In this document: positions 59,787-64,000 of the stretch, piece by piece
How the letters are laid out: every line of letters begins with the position of its first letter
Position numbering within the stretch: position 1 is the stretch's first letter
Assembly (NCBI GenBank): GCA_903832325.1
Contig: CAILBC010000012.1
Span: 84,379-148,378 of the forward strand
Length of the DNA: 64,000 nt
Direction: 5' to 3'
Origin: an uncultured Sphingomonadales bacterium
GTDB lineage: Bacteria; Pseudomonadota; Alphaproteobacteria; Sphingomonadales; Sphingomonadaceae
The notes under the pieces: generated by a model
What the model was told of the DNA's origin: nothing
What the model saw: only the letters and a program-made list of their open reading frames with translations
Database searches by the model: none
Position numbers and translations under genes: made by a program

Positions 59787-59827
59787 ATACCAATGTGCGT
59801 CAAGTCAAGCTCACTGCACATTGGTAT
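59787..59827. repeat. Perfect 12-bp inverted repeat with 17-nt spacer
   Basis: ATACCAATGTGC-N17-GCACATTGGTAT. Confidence 0.85.
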
Positions 59828-60015
59828 TACTTCAGCGAAGGGGATGAAGGCCGCGGTATCCGCTTGCCCTTGAGCCGGCCCGACAAGTGGAATGATCCGC
59901 ACCGGTCGCAGCAATAGGGCCGCACGCGATAGCCGTGCACTGCCGCCACCGCCAACGCTGCGGCATGATCGGCAAACCGCACCTTTTCCTTGCAAATCCG
60001 CAGTCTGGTCCGCAT
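59827..60015 (-). CDS. 62-aa basic Cys/His-rich small protein (zinc-ribbon-like)
   Basis: MRTRLRICKEKVRF...RPYCCDRCGSFHLSGRLKG; Cys, CxxC and His pattern. Confidence 0.55.
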   Translation of the reverse strand: MRTRLRICKEKVRFADHAAALAVAAVHGYRVRPYCCDRCGSFHLSGRLKGKRIPRPSSPSLK

Positions 60016-60034
60016 CGTCCCCACTGTCTCGATT

Positions 60035-60094
60035 GCGCAAAATCGACTGTGCAAAATCGACTGTGCAAAATCGACTGCGCAAAATCCACTGTGC
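60035..60094. repeat. 14-bp tandem repeat x4+
   Basis: gcgcaaaatcgact / gtgcaaaatcgact / gtgcaaaatcgact / gcgcaaaatccact / gtgc. Confidence 0.93.
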
Positions 60095-60278
60095 CGTATC
60101 ATGCCCGCTGTCGGCGCGATCAGGGCACCGCTGCGCACCCGGACGCAGCAATTGCCCCGTGTCGCCGGTTTCGGTGTCGCCCGTTTCGCAAAAGGAAACG
60201 AACCTGTCCACGTCCGTGTCCCGACGACCCTTGCAAGCCCCTGGCCGCAATCCCCGATCAATCCTTGTCCAGGCGCTC

Positions 60279-61778
60279 ATGCCCGGGCTGCTGCCCGGGC
60301 TGCTCATCGCGGTTTTTGTGGCGGCATCGGTAAGCGCGATCGTCCACCGCGGCCCGTGGTACGATGAATTCTACTCGTTCTACCTGGTGCGTCCCGATGC
60401 CCCGCTCAGCGTGCTTGTGCCTGCATGGCTGCGGGATAACCACCCGCCCCTGTTTTATGCTGTGGCATGGCTCTGGACGCGATTTCTGGGCATGTTTGGC
60501 CTGGCGGGCACTGTGGAGGCATCGCGCACGGTCAATCTGGCAGTGCTGGGCGTGGCCGTGCCATTGCTGTGGCACATCGCCCGCACCGATGCCTGGTTTC
60601 GCCGCGTGGTCTGGTATGATTGCGCCGCGCTGGCCGCAACCGCGCCGGCCATCGACCGGATTGACCAGTTGCGGTCCTATTTCCTGTCGTTTGCGCTGGC
60701 TGCGGTGATCCTGCCCCTGCTCGCGCGGCGACTGCGGGATGATCATGCCGGCCGGAATGACAATGCCCTGCTGGCCCTGCTCTTGCTGCTGGGGTTCAGC
60801 CTGCACCTTGTCACAACGGTCATTCTGGCGGGCGTGGTGTTTGCCTGCATGGTTGCTCTGGTGGTGGGCCGGCGGTGGCGCGATGCGATGGTGCTGGCGA
60901 TCATTGCCGCGCTGGCGCTGCTTCCCTTTGCCGTGACGATGGCGCTGCAACTGGCCACGATCGAGGCCAATACGCGCGTATTCTGGATTCCGCCCGGGCT
61001 CAATGCCGCACGCTGGGCGATCGAAACCGAAACGCTGGGCGCGCTCACCGCCAATCCAGTGCTCGGCTTGCTGGCCCTGGGCGGAACCGCACTGATCCTG
61101 GCCGAAGCCGCACGCGGGGATCGACGATCCCGCCAGGCGCTAACGCTGATCGCCACGCTGGGCGGCGGATTGGCGCTGGCGCTAGGACTGCTCGTGGCGG
61201 TGCATTTGCACCGGCCGATGCTGATCACGCGCTATCTCGTGGCCGTCGATCCGGTGCTGGCGCTGATCGTGGCGGTCGCCGCCGAACGCCTGCGACAGGC
61301 GATGGTACTGCGTCTGCGACAGCCAATGGCCCTGCGTCTGTGCGCTGCGTTCGATGTTGCGGTTCTCGCCGGATCGGTACTGGCGATAGGAACCAATCTG
61401 GCTGCCACGATTGCCCAGCCGTCGTGGGATGGCACCGGCCGTGCACTTGCCGCGCTGGTCCGCACCTGCCCCGATACCGCGATCCATCCCGATTTGCGCT
61501 GGAACGCGATGCCGTTGACGCTGCCACCACGCGACAATCGCGACGTCATGCCCTTTTCCTATGATTTCGTGGCACAGCGCTTTGGCTTTGTCATCGCGCC
61601 GGGGCATCGGGTTTCAGCACGGTGCCCCACGGTGTTCTGGACCGAACATGCCTCGGAACAGCACCCGACGGCGCAGGCCGTGATCACCGGCCTGCGCCGG
61701 TCGGGCTATGCCATCGCATCGGGCCGGATGATCCGCATCGGCAATGGCTGGATACTGATCACCCGGCCATACACCTGA
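60279..61778 (+). CDS. Polytopic membrane protein, GT-C glycosyltransferase-like
   Basis: First TM followed by PWYDE, DNHPPLFY, LRSY, ITRY; ~10 hydrophobic segments and a soluble C-terminus. Confidence 0.6.
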   Translation: MPGLLPGLLIAVFVAASVSAIVHRGPWYDEFYSFYLVRPDAPLSVLVPAWLRDNHPPLFYAVAWLWTRFLGMFGLAGTVEASRTVNLAVLGVAVPLLWHIARTDAWFRRVVWYDCAALAATAPAIDRIDQLRSYFLSFALAAVILPLLARRLRDDHAGRNDNALLALLLLLGFSLHLVTTVILAGVVFACMVALVVGRRWRDAMVLAIIAALALLPFAVTMALQLATIEANTRVFWIPPGLNAARWAIETETLGALTANPVLGLLALGGTALILAEAARGDRRSRQALTLIATLGGGLALALGLLVAVHLHRPMLITRYLVAVDPVLALIVAVAAERLRQAMVLRLRQPMALRLCAAFDVAVLAGSVLAIGTNLAATIAQPSWDGTGRALAALVRTCPDTAIHPDLRWNAMPLTLPPRDNRDVMPFSYDFVAQRFGFVIAPGHRVSARCPTVFWTEHASEQHPTAQAVITGLRRSGYAIASGRMIRIGNGWILITRPYT

Positions 61779-61790
61779 TGATTCGCGCGC

Positions 61791-62819
61791 TCAGGCGGGG
61801 CGCCATTCCCTGACAATCGCCAGCAGACGCTCGACATGGTCGATCGGGGTGAACTGGCCGATGCCGTGCCCCAGGTTGAACACATGCGGCCGCCCGGCAA
61901 AGGCATCGAGCACCGCGCGGGTGCGCTCTTCCAGCCGATCGCCGCCGGCCAACAGCAGCAAGGGATCAAGATTGCCCTGCACCGGCAGACCGTCGGGCAA
62001 AGTTTTCGCGGCCCACAGCGGGTCGATCGTTTCATCGACGCCCACGGCACCCACCCCGGTTTCGCGGGCATAGGCGGCAAGCTTTTCGCCCGCACCCTTG
62101 GGAAACCCGATTACCGGCACGCCCGGGTGGCGCGCGGCAAGTTCTGCGACAATGCGCGCGGTGGGTGCGATCACCCAGCGTTCGAATTCCTGCGGGGCAA
62201 GGCTTCCCGACCACGAATCGAACAGTTGCACCGCTTCGGCCCCGGCGGCGATCTGCCCGCACAAGTATTCCACGGTCACCGTGCTGATCGCATCGATGAT
62301 CGCCTGGAACGCGGCCGGATCGCGATAGGCCAGCGCGCGTGTTTCATGCTGATCGCGGCTGCCTTCGCCCGCCACCATGTAGGTCGCCACGGTCCAGGGG
62401 CTGCCGGCAAAGCCCAGCAGGGTGGTTTCAGGGCCCAAAGCGGCCCGTACCCTGGCCACGGTGTCATAGATGATCGCCAGGCGCTCTGGCACCGCCACCA
62501 GCGTCTCAAGCGCGGTATCGAGCAACTGGGGCGACAGACGCGGCCCTTCGCCGACAAGGAATTCCAGCGTCTGTCCCATGGCATGGGGCACGATCAGGAT
62601 ATCGCTGAACAGGATCGCCCCGTCAAAGCCGAACCGCCGCACCGGCTGAAGCGTAATCTCGGCTGCGGCCTCGCTGTCATAGACGAGATCGAGAAAGCCG
62701 CCCTTTTCCGCGCGCAAGGCGCGATATTCGGGGAGGTAACGGCCCGCCTGCCGCATGAGCCAGACCGGACGCCGGGCAAGATTGGAACCGAAAAGTGTCT
62801 CGAGCAAAGGGCCGGGCAT
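61791..62819 (-). CDS. hemE: Uroporphyrinogen decarboxylase
   Basis: WLMRQAGRYLPEY, AILFSDIL, FAGSPWTVATY, QGNLDP, NLGHGI. Confidence 0.97.
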   Translation of the reverse strand: MPGPLLETLFGSNLARRPVWLMRQAGRYLPEYRALRAEKGGFLDLVYDSEAAAEITLQPVRRFGFDGAILFSDILIVPHAMGQTLEFLVGEGPRLSPQLLDTALETLVAVPERLAIIYDTVARVRAALGPETTLLGFAGSPWTVATYMVAGEGSRDQHETRALAYRDPAAFQAIIDAISTVTVEYLCGQIAAGAEAVQLFDSWSGSLAPQEFERWVIAPTARIVAELAARHPGVPVIGFPKGAGEKLAAYARETGVGAVGVDETIDPLWAAKTLPDGLPVQGNLDPLLLLAGGDRLEERTRAVLDAFAGRPHVFNLGHGIGQFTPIDHVERLLAIVREWRPA

Positions 62820-62834
62820 CGCGTGGTCGTCCAT

Positions 62835-63190
62835 TCAAAAACTAAAAAGAGTCTTATTTGAATCTGGATGTAGGACTCTGTTGGTCCTGTGGATATCGGG
62901 GATGAACGCGTCCTGCCCCAATTGATCCACCAAGCCTACAAAAATGTTTCACCCGCGACTCTGCAGTGACAGCGGTGCAAGCAAAACTTGTCCGCGTTGT
63001 CCACATGCTGTGGGTAAACCCCACCCGCCTGTGGCGAAAACACCGCGGCGTTGCGGGATCATGGGTATGGAATCGTGCCTCGCGCTTGTCCCGGCTTTCA
63101 TCCCGTGGTTTATCCGGTGCCTGTCCACAGATGCATCCCGCCCCGCATCGCCATTGGCTTTGCCCGGTGGATAGCGACGAAAAAGGGTCC
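62835..63190. other. Chromosomal replication origin (oriC) candidate
   Basis: hemE/ppsR intergenic location; AT-rich tract 62835-62865; DnaA-box-like TGTGGATAT (62888), TGATCCACC (62923), TTGTCCACA (62997), TGTGGGTAA (63009), CTGTCCACA (63121); five GANTC sites. Confidence 0.8.
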
Positions 63191-64000
63191 ATGCAGCGTC
63201 TTCATCTCCATCTCCTGTCGGATTCCACCGGCGAGACGCTCGAAATGGTCGCCAAGGCGGCGCTGGCGCAATTCGAAGATGCCGATGTTGTGCGGCATTT
63301 CTGGCCGATGGTGCGATCGCAGCAGCATCTTGACCGGATCATGGCCGAAATCAGCGCAAATCCCGGGCTGGTCATGTTCACGGTGGTCAGCACCGAAATC
63401 CGCGCGCGGCTGGAACAGCGCTGCACGGCGCTGGGCCTGCGCAGCGTGGCCGCGCTCGATACGGTGACCGATGCGCTGGAAACGCTGCTCGGCCAGCAGG
63501 CCAAAGGCCGCCCCGGGCGCCAGCACATGATGGACGATGCCTATTTCCGCCGCGTAGATGCGATCCAGTTCACCATTGCGCATGACGACGGCATCTCCGC
63601 GGAAAACTGGGAACAGGCCGACATCATCCTGGCCGGCGTTTCGCGCAGTTCCAAGACGCCAACCTCGATCTATCTCGCCAACCGGGGATTTCGTGTGGCC
63701 AATATCCCGATTGTGGTGGAAAGCCCGCCGCCGCCATCGCTGTTTGCAGTGCGCCGGCCGCTGATTGTCGGGCTGACCACCAGCCCCGAACGGCTGATCC
63801 AGGTGCGGCGCAATCGCCTGCTGTCGCTCAACCAGGCGCCCGAAACCAGCTATGTCGACAGCGACCATGTTTCGCGCGAGGTGCAATATGCCCGGCGCAT
63901 GTTTGCCGACAACGGCTGGCCGGTGATCGATGTCAGCCGCCGCTCGATCGAGGAAACCGCCGCTGCGGTGATCAACCTTTATAACGAACGCCACAATATC
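63191..64000 (+). CDS. ppsR: Pyruvate,water dikinase regulatory protein (kinase/pyrophosphorylase, DUF299); no stop in window
   Basis: Manual translation MQRLHLHLLSDSTGET..., HDDG, GVSRSSKTPTSIYLA, DVSRRSIEETAA. Confidence 0.92.
   Translation, partial: MQRLHLHLLSDSTGETLEMVAKAALAQFEDADVVRHFWPMVRSQQHLDRIMAEISANPGLVMFTVVSTEIRARLEQRCTALGLRSVAALDTVTDALETLLGQQAKGRPGRQHMMDDAYFRRVDAIQFTIAHDDGISAENWEQADIILAGVSRSSKTPTSIYLANRGFRVANIPIVVESPPPPSLFAVRRPLIVGLTTSPERLIQVRRNRLLSLNQAPETSYVDSDHVSREVQYARRMFADNGWPVIDVSRRSIEETAAAVINLYNERHNI

Larger units (their letters stand above)
59765..61797. mobile_element. Putative 2-kb insertion bounded by the 10-bp direct repeat CGCTCAGGCG (no mobility gene)
   Basis: CGCTCAGGCG at 59765-59774 and 61788-61797 (the latter includes the hemE stop); interrupts the usual hemE-hemJ adjacency. 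Confidence 0.4.

Noticed and set aside
59110-60094. Tandem arrays as possible CRISPR or plasmid iterons
   Set aside because: Units are contiguous, 13-14 bp, with no unique spacers, cas genes or rep gene.
59892-60278. 129-aa N-terminal extension of the GT-C-like ORF
   Set aside because: It runs through the 14-bp repeat and is low-complexity; the hydrophobic protein begins at ATG 60279.

Overview
GC-rich alphaproteobacterial chromosome segment, most consistent with Sphingomonadaceae (Novosphingobium-like; inferred from gene content and order). It is mostly core genome around the replication origin. The right end holds the origin region: ppsR / oriC / hemE - (2-kb insert) - hemJ - rho, then mnmE-mnmG-rsmG-parA-parB with four parS sites. 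The rest carries ispG, two tandem TonB-dependent receptors, xseA/purD, an alpha-2-macroglobulin/PBP1C pair preceded by an unassigned beta-barrel gene, galT-galK, GH25-cdd-dcd, dnaB, rpoZ, helicase-S4-fdxA-carD, tsaC, two acyl-CoA dehydrogenases and an Lrp / small ORF / RhtA-like exporter module. I found no rRNA, tRNA, integrase, transposase or CRISPR. The most unusual observations are: (1) purD and xseA start on the same palindromic CATG, each with its Shine-Dalgarno inside the other gene; (2) a 2-kb segment bounded by a 10-bp direct repeat splits hemE from hemJ and encodes a GT-C-like membrane protein and a small Cys-rich protein; (3) an unassigned beta-barrel gene with an AT-rich upstream region lies ahead of A2M-pbpC; (4) a 50-aa ORF is coupled to an Lrp-divergent exporter; (5) a GH25 muramidase lacks its canonical catalytic residues; (6) short tandem micro-duplications are pervasive. 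All product calls come from motif recognition by eye; no database searches were run.
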